A model generated the notes under the pieces. That model had not been told where the DNA came from. It saw only the letters and a list, made by a program, of their open reading frames with translations, and made no database searches. The position numbers and the translations under genes were made by a program. 64,000 bases of DNA from Lytechinus pictus (Eukaryota), in the NCBI RefSeq assembly GCF_037042905.1, contig NC_087252.1, positions 4,156,001 to 4,220,000 of the forward strand, read 5' to 3'. Below, piece after piece: positions 46,063-58,136 of this stretch (positions are counted from its first letter, which is position 1; each line of letters starts with the position of its first letter).

Positions 46063-46360
46063 ATAATAATAATAATAATAGTCCTTGTATAGCTCATAAC
46101 ACTTTATGAATAACGTCTCAATGCACTTCCAAAGGACTTGGATATTATTACCCTGGCTGTAGCTCAAGCAGCCTTTACGCGCTCGGCATTTCAAGGAATA
46201 AATTCCTGCCAGGTACCCATTCACCTCAACTGGGTTGAGAGTGCAGCACATTGTGGATTAATTTCTTGCTGAAGGAAACTATGCCATCCATGGCTGGGAT
46301 TTGAACCCACGACCCTCTGTTTCAAAGTCCGGAGACTAATCCACTGGGCCACAACGCTCC
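46063..46360 (-). mobile_element. tRNA-derived SINE, near complete
   Basis: Head GGAGCGTTGTGGCCCAGTGG (A box)...GGTTCAAATCC (B box), core GAATGGGTACCTGGCAGG, (TTA)n tail. Decayed relatives lie at about 930-1085, 16075-16280, 29700-29885 and 36600-36785. Confidence 0.85.
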
Positions 46361-47609
46361 ACACAATGGCAATGTTACTAAGATCGTATTCCTTTAAGAA
46401 ACAGGTCCCGAACAGTCATTCATGTAACAGAACACAATAAGCAAAGTTTTGACATCTGATTATTAAATTTCCACCATTGTTGAATTATAACTGGAGTTCA
46501 TATTGATGGCCTATGTGTGTATTAATAATCATAAGGCTCTTTCAGTGATAAGTGTGTGTTTGATGTGAATATAGTTCTTCAGAAGAATCAGCGATATATA
46601 TATATTACATCATATTACTGCTTATTTGTAATGTACAGATGATATTGTCATGACGCACAAATATGTAAAGTCTCTTGAAGTGGATGTGTTTCATTAAAGA
46701 CACATTTAACCTTAGGTTTTACTTCATTTTCTTCTATTGAAATTTAGTAATAATAATTGGGAATCTATATTGTGCCATCTATTTATAAATAATCAATTCA
46801 GAGGTGCTTAATTCAATGTATTGATCACCAAATGGTATTCACAAAATATACAAATCACCTCGTAATTACTTTTGAAATATGAGAAATAACATTCTTATTA
46901 TGCATCAAATGTGTTATGCAGTTTTACTCTATTGTCTTTAAAATTATCAGATATTGGAACCCTTTTTTTACAATTTCACTAGTATTGGGGTTTGTTTTTT
47001 AACAGAAAAAAGTGTACAATGCAGTTCAAGCCATTTTAGTCTTTGAATGTCATTAGTATGGTTGCTTTGTCAGTAGTCATGAATGTTCCCTCAAAATGTA
47101 TTTGTTGGCAAAAATATTTATAATTCATATGGTATATATTTCATGTAGGAACCATTACCCCCCTCTAGTATTATGGATTATGCTTTTCAAAAAGAAGTGT
47201 AAGAAAAATATTTGTCCAACCTTCTTAATAGATTGTGTTCCTTTGGAGATATGAAAATGAATGAGATTGTGGCCTCTGTGTACTCAAACGATTGTGAAAT
47301 AAAATCTAAAGAACAATTGGAATATAAATTCCTTTATTTGATAAGCAAAATGTTGTGCATGTACACTCATGATACATGACGTCATAATTGTGTTCTTCAA
47401 TTGCATTTTACACTCATTTGAAAAAGCAATACTAGATACATGAAGTGTCTTCCTCTATTCAGTGGCAGATAGATTTGAAATTGGACCAAACAGGGTTTTA
47501 GTTTATATTTACAGATGATCAATATTATGTAGGAATAGTTTGTGATGGTTCATCTTGTCATATTCCTTACATTGTAGGTAATTTCATATTCAGTGTAAGT
47601 GCTGGTGTT

Positions 47610-47865
47610 GAGTGTTATTGTTGGTGTTGGAAGCACAATTTAGATTGCCTTCTAGACCTCTAACACCTAATCCAGTGTGGTGTTTGTGTTGGTGTTAGAA
47701 GCAAGATTTAGATCACCTTCCAAAACTTCAACACCTTATCAAGATGGTGTTCGTGTTGGTGTTAGAAGCACAATTCAGATTGAATTCAAGAGCTCCAACT
47801 TCTTATCAAGTTTGGTGGTGTTAGAACAATTCAGATTGCCTTCCAAAATTCCAACACCTAATCAG
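47610..47865. repeat. four tandem units of about 60-75 bp (GGTGTTAGAAGCACAATTCAGATTGCCTTCC...AACACC)
   Basis: Most units are bracketed by a GGTGTT...AACACC inverted hexamer. Confidence 0.75.
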
Positions 47866-50817
47866 AATTCATAAAAAAATTAAATAATTACACTATTGAT
47901 AGCTCTACACCAAATGAGACTTGTCCAAAGAGGCCGAGACCAGGCTTATTTTTATCTTGGTACTGTGCTGGTGTAAAAATCAAACCAACACAAACACTGA
48001 ACTTGAAATCACCCAGCTGGGTTGAATTAATTTCTGATGCATAGCCCTGAAAATCATACAAATTATAACACAAATATGTTTCTGCCTCTACAAAATCATT
48101 CAGATAGACATATTCCAACAGTTCAACTTATTCAATGGAATACTAGTGAGAAATTTATTGGTGTACAGATCAAATTGTGGTGGTGTTTGATCTAGTGTTG
48201 ACAATGACATGTATTTAGTAATGTTGTGAAAACTTGTATGCTATAGCATGTTTTTTTTTTTTGGGGGGGGTGGGGAGGGAATGAGATATGGATGCTGTGA
48301 AGCATCTATGTAGAAATGTAGGAATAGATAAATGTTTATAGACAATACATCTATAGTATATAAAATAAAGAAGGAAACTGTTTCTGAGGAAAAAAAAATC
48401 CCCTTTTTTGTTATCAGATGTCTTTGTTGAGAATGGTGTACAGAGAGTGAATCAATGGGAGATGTGGAAAAAGCGGTCAAGGAGAGAGAGAGGGGGGGGG
48501 GAGAAAGGCTGCAGATGTAAGAAGCATGCAAAAAGCACAGAAATGTGAAATATGACACTCTGTGATATAAAATATATTTTCAGATTTACTGCAGTTTCAC
48601 AAAATGAATTCTACATACATACTTATGTGTACTTCAAGAAAAAAAATGTATGAGTTTTCTTAAATTTCAAAATACAGAGTTTATTGATCAATTGCAGGTT
48701 CATGATATACCTTGTTCAATGATAATTCCATTACTTTGAATACAATTCATATAAATCATACACAATATTCAACATTAGCATAGATACATATATCACATCG
48801 AGACATTCAGTATACCCATACATTAACACATACATAATGTAAACATGCACACATCAAATTTAAAAACATTAATTGATTACAATTTATCAAGGTGATTTCA
48901 ACATCGTGATCTCGGCAGCTAGAAAAAGATATATGATACTCCAATTGTAATATATCATTCCTTGTGTTTTTTGCAAAGGTTTCAAAGGACTGTTTTTTTT
49001 AAAGATATTACTTAATTTCGCATACAACTACAAATATACATGTAGTGGCAGAATACAGATCCAGGATTTCATATTAAAAGTTGGAACAGAATTTTCCACA
49101 AGAAAAGGAACAAAAATTCACCACTTCAAAAGGAAGTTACTTTTAAAGGCAAATCATTTCTGGCCTATCTTATACGTTTGCTTTTAATAACATTGCATGA
49201 ATTATTATTTCAGGAAAATAGCTTTTAATCTAAGTAAGATTTTGAATATATTTAAACTATTCTAAAATCATTCATTTTGAAGAGGAACTGTTTCTTATGA
49301 ACAGACGAGAAAGAGAAGTACAGATATGCAATATAAATCAAATGTCTCAAGTATTCATCACAACTGGAAAGGGATCTGTTACAAAATATTAATGTCCGAA
49401 ATGTATAATACACAAAAGAAATGGCTAAATGAATATTGTTTGGTTACAATGATGACATACATTTAATTTCGCACTCTAATCATATTAATATTTGATCTTT
49501 TGCAGTGACTTTATTCTGGGCTGGTAAATATACTGGATAGTTTAAAGAGTTCAAAAGATTTGTATAAAAAAGATATAGAAAATTACTCTACATGATTTTC
49601 TTTGATTAAATATTCTTTACCTACACTGCAGTGACCATGAAATTCACATTGCATAAAATCCACGACAAAAAGTGGTATTTGATTAAAAAAGAGAAAAATA
49701 AAATAAACGTAACACTGACAGTAAATTCCATTCAAATCAGATGTAAATTAAGAAAGTATATTTTTTAGCTTTTGCATTTGAAACAGGTACGCACAACACA
49801 GAGTGATGTGGATGGGATCTTTGTTATCAAATATAAAAAATCAAATATGGGAAATTTCATATGAAAATAGACAAACAAAATGATATGTGGCTCTCTGATT
49901 TCACGTTAAAGTGTAACTTAAAAATATACTTTCAGTACTTTCCATCTGAATTTGATGACCATTCATGGTCATTGTCTTAAATAGCTAGAAAAGAAAAACA
50001 TTGCTGAAACAAATATGGGATGATTTGGAAAACAGGATATATTAATACAACACAGCTATGATCACAGATTTTGTTTAAAAAAGTATAGATAAAAATAATT
50101 TTAAAAAATGAAACAAACTTTGTTCATAGACAAAAAAACACACATCTAAAATGGCTCTTAATGCATCGATTGGAATCGTCTTGCATGATTTCTGGTGTTT
50201 ATGATCAAATAAAAGTCATAATAGACTTCCTTAAGATACATGTATATTTAAATATGAATACATGGGTAAAAGAAAGGGTGAATGGGAAGTTGGGGTCTAA
50301 ATGATTAAAGGCACTGTACAAAATAAATAAATCAATTCAGGGACAAAATAATACTGAAATATAGTAAATCACTCATCATTCAGCTTACTCTGCAAACATG
50401 GTACATGTACCTCTTAATACAGGAACACAAATTTGAGTTTAATTAATCTGGGAAACTTTTCATGAAAAGTTTTTTTATTTTCACTGACTTATTTGCTATC
50501 AGCCAATCAGATGCAAGGAATTCAGTAGCTTAAAACAACTGTCGGTGAAAATCACTAAACTTTTCATGAAACACTGATCCCTGGTCTGAAAAGTTCATAT
50601 AACTTGGGTGATGACATGTAGGTTGACGTTTTGTGAGTATAAAACCTTATTTGAACTGATGGTGCATTTGGCCTTGATGCTCATCATAGCTGTGTTCTGC
50701 AAATTAATTCATTTCTCATCTGCCCAGTCAAACATTTGATTCACAGTTTCCCATCAAATTATGAATAAGTTCAGTATATCCCAAAAAATATTCAGCATCT
50801 TAGTAAAATATGCATTC

Positions 50818-52204
50818 TCATTGGCTAGCTTCCACTTGACGAACAGGATTTCTCCTTATTTTTGGGTCGACGTACGACGCTCTTGATGTCGTCTCAAATG
50901 AATTATATCGTTCTTTCACCGTTGGTGGGTCTAATTCCGGCTGAGAGGCGGAGAAGGCTCTAGGTTCACGAGCTGTTTGAAAAAACAAATCAGTAAAGGA
51001 AAATAAAAGGTGAAATTCCCAAGAAATGAAGAAAAGAAAAGAAAATTAAAGTATGTCTACAGCATTGGCAAAGTAGACGTAAGTCAGGGTGACTTAATAT
51101 GAAATACAAGAGTATAATCTCCAATTCCAATCTTACGTGTGACTGCTGATTTTTTTATCTGTTGATTCAATCCTAAATTTCCCAGGCCATAAAGAACTAT
51201 CGCAAATTGCATTATCATTAATTTTTTCAAAACTTTTTGCACGCTGAATTAATTTTTTGGGGATAATGATAATTGTTTCCATATCATTTTCTTGAATTCA
51301 GGTTTTTGTTGTGCACATTTTCAGTGACAAAACGGAATTTCCATTTTCAGATCAAGTTGAAACGAAATTACAGATTTTCAGAAACGGAAAATACCATTTT
51401 TTGAAACGGAAAATCACTGTCTCTACATGAGTGTTCTTACCTGCTAAATGGAGGATATTTTGGGGGACTGGTTTTGGGTCACTGACGTAAGATGCCTTCT
51501 GGGTTGTATCAAAATAATGGTCATACTGCAAAGAGAAGAATTTTTAAAATATAAACAGGTATAAATCTTACACAAATTGCATTAAAGAAAAAAAAACAGT
51601 TGAGCAATAACCACACCCAGATCTGAACAATCAAAAAAATAATTGAACTGAATCTAGATAGAAATGAAAAATGACTTTAATGTCTCGATTAATTTGTACT
51701 TATCTAGCCTATTTATTTTAGAGAACTACTGTGCTTCGCCTATGATATGAAAGAAACTTTTTAGCATTCTTTTTTTTTTTCAAAGTTATATTTTTCTTAA
51801 GAGTAAACTATTTGTCAGGCAATCAGGCCAAACCAAATTTAGACATGTTCAGCCTTATTTGATTTTGAGACTTGAGACTTTGAGTTAAGTTAATTAGGCT
51901 TTGAAGTTTGACTTTGTCCGACTTGAGTTTCACTTTAGTTTCAGAATTCAGTTTCAGGCAGAATATAATGACAATGTATCCTCACCTGTGATGGCAAGCT
52001 CTTTGGTACTCGTCTTCTCTTGATATCAAATCTCTCTTCATTCCAGTTTCCTATCAGTGTATCAGGAGTATAACAATCCTCTTTATTGGTGGTCCTCCAA
52101 CCATACTGCTGGAACTTCTCCAGATCGGTGGTGTGGGTCCATACCTCCCCGAGACCCGAGGCGCGGACCATCGAGCGAAAAGCCACTTCGTCTTCGGAAG
52201 CCAT
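50818..52204 (-). CDS. CFAP68: cilia- and flagella-associated protein 68 (C11orf1/UPF0686 family), 3 exons, 152 aa
   Basis: Exons 52204-51986, 51525-51441 and 50972-50818. Motifs GEVWT..KFQQYGWR..TLIGNWNEERFD..PKSLPSQYDHYFDTT..REPRAFSASQPELDPP match the recalled human C11orf1 pattern (GEVWT, QYGWR, TLMGNWNQERYD, LPSQFGHYFETT, QPELDPP). Confidence 0.9.
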
Positions 52205-52477
52205 GATATCTCAATAATTTGTAAATTTACACTGGAAAATGAGATGATATCGAGACGGCCAACAAACAACGTCAATTTCGCTTTATTCAGGATATGGTAT
52301 AACGTAAAATACTAAACTAAGTTTTGTTATTGAGGTTTTCTTTATTGCAAACAAGGCGATATCTAGTAAAGTCAGGCTTAGCCTTGGTCGCTCGACAAAG
52401 TTGTTTACCTTCGCAATCATCACACAAATATATACACGTACACGTGTGTGTATACGGGAATGGCACTTCCGGGTTCA

Positions 52478-52491
52478 GTTGTTATGGCTAC
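52478..52491 (-). promoter_or_regulatory. candidate RFX X-box upstream of CFAP68
   Basis: GTAGCCATAACAAC on the minus strand is close to the X-box consensus. It lies in a CpG-containing region next to an Ets-like CACTTCCGG. Confidence 0.45.
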
Positions 52492-52676
52492 GTACAGCTG
52501 ACGCCTTGTTTGCTCAAGAGATGGCGCTAGAGCAGAAACGAACGACGGAAGGCCGCTGTGCACTGATGATCACAAGAAACTTGAACAAGTATATATTTTA
52601 TTTATTATTATTATTATTATTTTTTTTTTTTTTTGGGGGGGCACCAATTTACTTTCAGGACTTACAAGTCTTACAT

Positions 52677-53164
52677 CCCGGGGGGGGGGGGCACTCGACC
52701 AAAAAAGTAGTAGGTATGTGCCGCGGGCGAGACAAAAAACGGGGGCCTTGGAGCGGGCTTATTGTAAAAAGGAGGGTCCTCGGAACGGGCATCGGAACTA
52801 CAAATGTTTGTGAAAAAGGGGGTCCTTGGAACAGGTCGCCTGCGTGCGAGTGCGTATGCATCCCTATGGAACGTGCATGCAGCTAGCCCGGCGGCCCGAC
52901 TTCAGACAGCGAGCTGCGGCCGCTTTTCACCAAAATTGCGACCGAAACGGCGTAACGGAAAATATGCGAAGCCCTGGAGCGGATTTTTTTTTTTTTTCTC
53001 GAGAAGAAGAAAATGATATGCTTTGGAGCGGCTTTCTTTGTTCTTTTTCTCTATAAGACAAAAATGCTATGCCTCGGAACGGAAATTTGAGTGTAAAAAT
53101 GGGGGTCCCCTCCGCGGCACATACCCACTATGCATTATATACTGAGTGCCCCCCCCCCCCCGGG
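52677..53164. mobile_element. MITE with CCCGGG(G)n termini and 8-bp TSD
   Basis: CCCGGGGG..GCACTC / GAGTGCCCC..CCGGG; TSD TCTTACAT at 52669-52676 and 53165-53172; internal GGTCCTYGGAAC repeats. Confidence 0.85.
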
Positions 53165-53173
53165 TCTTACATG

Positions 53174-53426
53174 CATGGGCGGAAATCCCACGGGGACAGG
53201 GGGAATGCATCCCCCTACTCAAAATAGTAGGGGGACACAATATAAAATGTCCCCCTACTATTTTTGGTATTTTTTGATGGACAGAAATAAATCATTCAAG
53301 ATCGAAATAAGACGTGTATTTTTTTGGACAAGATGACCTTACTTTTTGGGTGATAACCTTTTTTTTTGCTTGTTAAATTTTCCAGCCCCTGGCCCCCCTA
53401 CCTTTTGGGAGAGATTTCTGCCCTTG
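53174..53426. mobile_element. hAT-like MITE
   Basis: CATGGGCGGAAATC...GATTTCTGCCCTTG; TSD CTTACATG/TTTACATG. Confidence 0.7.
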
Positions 53427-53769
53427 TTTACATGTATGTACTACAGGCACTATTGATTAAACATTTATTTTTTTGTAAAAAAAGAAAATGGAATCGATTT
53501 TGAATTTCATCCTTTAAACAAAATCATTCCAGAAAGTTCGCACAGTTGAGACCCGCTCCACTGCCCCCCTTTTTTTTTGGGGGGGGGGGGGAATTCTCCT
53601 TCTCGATCTCTTTCAAAGTAGTGCTTATAGTATTATATGTGTTTTTCGCATTTGTTTTTTAACCCACATGATCTACTGAGCCATGAGGCTGAAATATACA
53701 TGTGTACAAATAACAAATAGGGCTAGAAATAAAATCATAATATAGAACAAAAGATATTGAATTAAAAAT

Positions 53770-54469
53770 GGCATATTCTTCATGACGACGATCTACTATC
53801 AGCTATCAAAGAGGCTGTTCAAGAAGCAGTAGAATTAAAGGTTAAAGACCTTTTCTTGCGGCTTGAAAAACAAGAAGGCCAGCTGCTGGATCTTCAGTCC
53901 ATGCTTAGCAACTGTCAAATGGATGTAGCTGACCTAAAAAAGAAAAGAGAATGTGATTTGATCGAGATGAGTAACCTGAAAAACAAACGAACGATTCGGA
54001 ACAATATTCCCGACGGAACAATGTCCGATTCTTTGGAGTCCCTGAAGTGAATGGAGAAAAGACCGACGAAACAGTTGTTAGGATCGCCAAGGATTTACTC
54101 GGAATAGATCTTCCGCTCACTGCTATTGACAGGAGTCATCGCGTACGCCGTCAAAACCCTCCCCGAGAAAATGTTCGTCCAAAGCCAAGGCCAATCATTG
54201 TTAAGCTTACGTCTTACAGGTACCGTCAAGCTCTTTTGATGAATAGGAAGCGCCTGAAAGAGAAGAAGACAGGGATAAGCGTTTATGAGGACCTCACTGA
54301 TGCTAATAGAGTGCTTCTTTGGAATTCCCTCTCTGAATGTAGAAAGCAGGACAGCAAAATCTCCCACGCATGGTCCGCGGACGGAAGAATCTTCGTATCA
54401 GTGAAGACTTCTGGAAAAGAAAACTTGAAAAAACGAATCCACTCAAAGAGAGATCTAGAATATGTGTGA
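53770..54469 (+). pseudogene. LINE ORF1 (coiled coil plus RRM-like), frameshifted and apparently 5'-truncated
   Basis: ORFs 53856-54050 and 54047-54469 join through a frameshift near 53990. Confidence 0.8.
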
Positions 54470-54667
54470 TTTTATATTATAATGGAAGCAATATTCTTCA
54501 TGTGAAATAAATCACTCATGTTATAATACAATGTTTATCTCCATATGTATCTGATTTCAAACGGTATACAACTTCATTTTTTTCTTTCTTTTTATAAAGT
54601 TTTAATTTTGAATAAGTTACTTATTTGTTATTTATGTTAATGTTGTGTAATAACTTGTGTATTTTCG

Positions 54668-57600
54668 ATGTCTGTTAGTGTCAATGATGTGTTTGATCAA
54701 TTTGTTCAAAATGATGAATACAGGTTTGATTTGAACAGGTTACATGAATACCTATCTCCGGCTAATTGTCACGAAACTTTACTCCCCCAATCATATTTTT
54801 CAATTGATGGGTTTAATGAATATGTTAATGCAAATAACTCAGTCAATGACTTCAAAATTTTCTGTTTACATTTCAATTGCAGGAGTTTGATTAATAAATT
54901 CGATGAGTTCTCTTCTTTTTTGTCTTCTTTACAAATCCAATCAAGCATTATTGGGGTCACAGAAACATGGTTTACTGAGAATACTTCTGTTAATTTATAT
55001 AATATTGTTAACTACGATTTTATTAGTAACCCAAGAACGTCTAAACGGGGTGGTGGAGTAGGGCTTTACATAAAAAATGATTTGGAATTTAAGCGTAGGT
55101 GTGACTTAGAAATTAATGAGTCATATGTTGAAAGTATTTTTACTGAAATTAAGACGTGCAATAAAAGCATTTTAATAGGTATTGTATATAGACCTCCTTG
55201 TCAATCAATTACAGATTTCCTATCGTTTTTAGAAAATATATTGAATTTAGTTTGCAATGAAAATAAAATCTTATATTTAATTGGTGATTTTAATATCAAT
55301 CTTATGAATATAGGCAAATCTCAGAATGTAAATATGTATCTAGATCTTTTGCTGGCACATTCTATGTTTCCGTTAATTCAATCTCCTACACGTGTATATC
55401 ATCTACTTCAGTTACTTTGATCGACAACATTTTAACAAATGATTCTTGCCAATTCTCATCTGGTGTTTTTTTTAATGATCTGAGTGATCACTTTCCCATT
55501 TTTTGTATTAGTAATTTCAATTGCAATTTCAATCATACTAATGACTTTAACTTTAAAAGAGATTTCAATGATATTAATTTAAATCTTTTCATGCAATCAA
55601 TACAAGAAACTCAATGGCCATTGTCAGCGGAAGATCCTAATAAGTCTTATAATGAATTTTTAAATACATTTTTAACTTTATATAATAAACATTTTCAAAT
55701 TAAACGTACCAAATTACATAAAAAACAAAAAGACAAACCTTGGATTAATCAAGATATTCGGATATTGATCAAGAAAAAAAGTCGTTTATATAAACTTTTT
55801 GTAAAAAACCCTTCTGAGTACAGGAAAAATGTTTACAAAAAAGTACGTAATCTTTTAACTAATAAAATAAAGTCTCGTAAAAAAGAATATTATAAAAACG
55901 AATTTGACAATGCTCGTGGTAATATGAATAGTACATGGAAAGTAATAAATAATGCATTAGGAAAGGGTCACAAAAATACTATCATAAAACAAATTGTAGT
56001 TGATGACACTGAAATAACAGCAAATGAAATGATTACCGATAATTTCAATAATTACTTTGTTCATGTCGGTCTAGATTTAAATCGTAATTTTGATAATGTA
56101 AATAATAGTGATGCGGCTTCTTTTGTTGACAACAATATTCATTCTATATTTTTAAATCCCATAACATCATCTGAACTAATAAATATTACAAAGCAATTCA
56201 AAAACTCTTCTAGCACAGGGCATGATGACATCAGTATGAAGGTAATAAAAAAATGTATCTATTCTATTTGTCAACCATTATGTGCAATATTCAATTCTTG
56301 CCTTGACTCGGGCGTATTCCCAGATTCAATGAAGATTGCTAGAGTTATTCCTATTTTTAAAGGAGGAAATTCCGAAACGTTGTCCAATTACCGTCCCATT
56401 TCTATTTTACCCGTTTTTTCTAAATTATTTGAAAAATGTTTATATAATCGTATTTTAAATTTTATCAATAAGTGCAATATTTTTACCCATAGTCAATATG
56501 GGTTTAGAGCGGGGCACTCCACATCGTCAGCATTACTTGATTTTATTCAGAAAGTTACAAATGAAATTGATAACAAGAGTATATTGATAGGTTTATTTCT
56601 AGATTTGCGAAAAGCATTTGATACGTTAGATCATAATATTTTGTTGAAAAAACTATATGCATATGGAATAAGAGGAATTACTTTAGACTTATTAAAAGAT
56701 TATCTATCTAATCGCAAACAATATGTATTATGTAATGGAATTAAATCAGAATTGAAATCTATAAGATGTGGCGTGCCCCAAGGTTCGATACTTGGACCTC
56801 TTTTATTCCTTTTATATATTAATGACATGTGCAATGTATCCAGTAAACTTAAATTTATCTTATTCGCAGATGACACCAGTATATTCATGTCCCACAAAGA
56901 TTTACAGACGTTACAAACAGAATTTAATGAGGAATTACAGAAGGTTACCGATTGGTTATACTTGAACAAGTTATCCCTCAATGTTTCTAAAACTAACTTT
57001 ATGATATTTACAAATAAGAAAATAAACTCCAATGAAATTGATATAAAATTGTGTGGTTCAATGATAAAAGAAGTTTCATCTTTAAAATTTCTTGGTGTCA
57101 TAATCGATAATAAATTAACGTGGTTAAATCATATTGATGCCATCTGCAATAAGATATCTAAGAACATAGGCATAATGTACAAATTGCATAATTTTCCACC
57201 AAATATTTTAAAGATGCTGTATTATGCTATTATTTCACCATTTTAAAATTATGGCATTCTTGCCTGGGGAAGTGCTGCGAATATTTATTTAGACAGATTA
57301 CATAAACTTCAAAAACGTGCAGTCAGAATTATAAACAACTCCCCTTTTTACGCCCATTCTTATCCTATTTTTCATTCACTTAAAATTTTAAATATTTATG
57401 ATATGTACAAGTATGAAATGGGACTTTTTATGTATCTATGTTCTAAAGGACTTTTACCTTCTTTTTTATTGAACTGTTTTAAATTAAATTATAATATTCA
57501 TGCATACCCTACTAGAAATGCTGCAAACTTCCACCTTCCTAAAATAAGAACTTGCCTTTCTCATAAATCTATTTTCTTTCGTGGCCCACTACTTTGGAAT

Positions 57601-57681
57601 TCTTTGCCGGTTAATTTGAAAACATCTTGTTCATTTAATATTTTCAAACGTAACTTCAGAAACTTTATATTTGATAATTAA
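54668..57681 (+). pseudogene. LINE ORF2 (endonuclease plus reverse transcriptase)
   Basis: One frameshift near 55400 and an in-frame TAA at 57244-57246. The frame resumes as NYGILAWG...LQKRAVRII and runs to 57681. Confidence 0.92.
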
Positions 57682-58136
57682 ACCTGTTTGTAAATATTTA
57701 TACATATATATATAATCTAAATCTTACCATTTGTGTATCTATGCCTTTGTATTGTCTTCTAATTGTTTTTTTTTTTACTTTTGATATTGTCAATAATTAT
57801 TATTCTTTTTAAAGTAAGTTGGGTTGGCCTTTTTATAAGGATATTCTTTTCCTTTTTGGCTGCTTCCCTCTCAATGCTTTTTTATGTCTTTGATGTTATG
57901 TAAACTTTGTTCCTATGTATTTTACCACACTTGTGTTCATTTTTATGCAGAGAGCAAAATAAACTTGAATTGAATTGAATTGAATTGAATATTTCCAGGG
58001 GTCTGGGAACGAGCTTTAAAGAGGGGATGTCGGTTAAAAAAAAAAAAAAGCCCCCCCCCCCCAAAAAAAGGGTTTTCGTTGCAAAATGAAGGCGATTTTG
58101 GGGCAAATTCCTACGTTTTGACATACCAACCTGTGG

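Larger units (their letters stand above)
53770..57990 (+). mobile_element. non-LTR retrotransposon, CR1 group (L2/Crack/Daphne-like), near full length, disabled
   Basis: ORF1 remnant (EQYSRRNNVRFFGVPE, IDRSHRV, PRPIIVKL); ORF2 with AP endonuclease (GVTETW, GGGVGLY, VYRPP, GDFNI, SDH) and RT (GVPQGSILGPLLFLLYIND, FADDT); AATAAA at 57957 and a (TTGAA)n tail. Confidence 0.95.
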
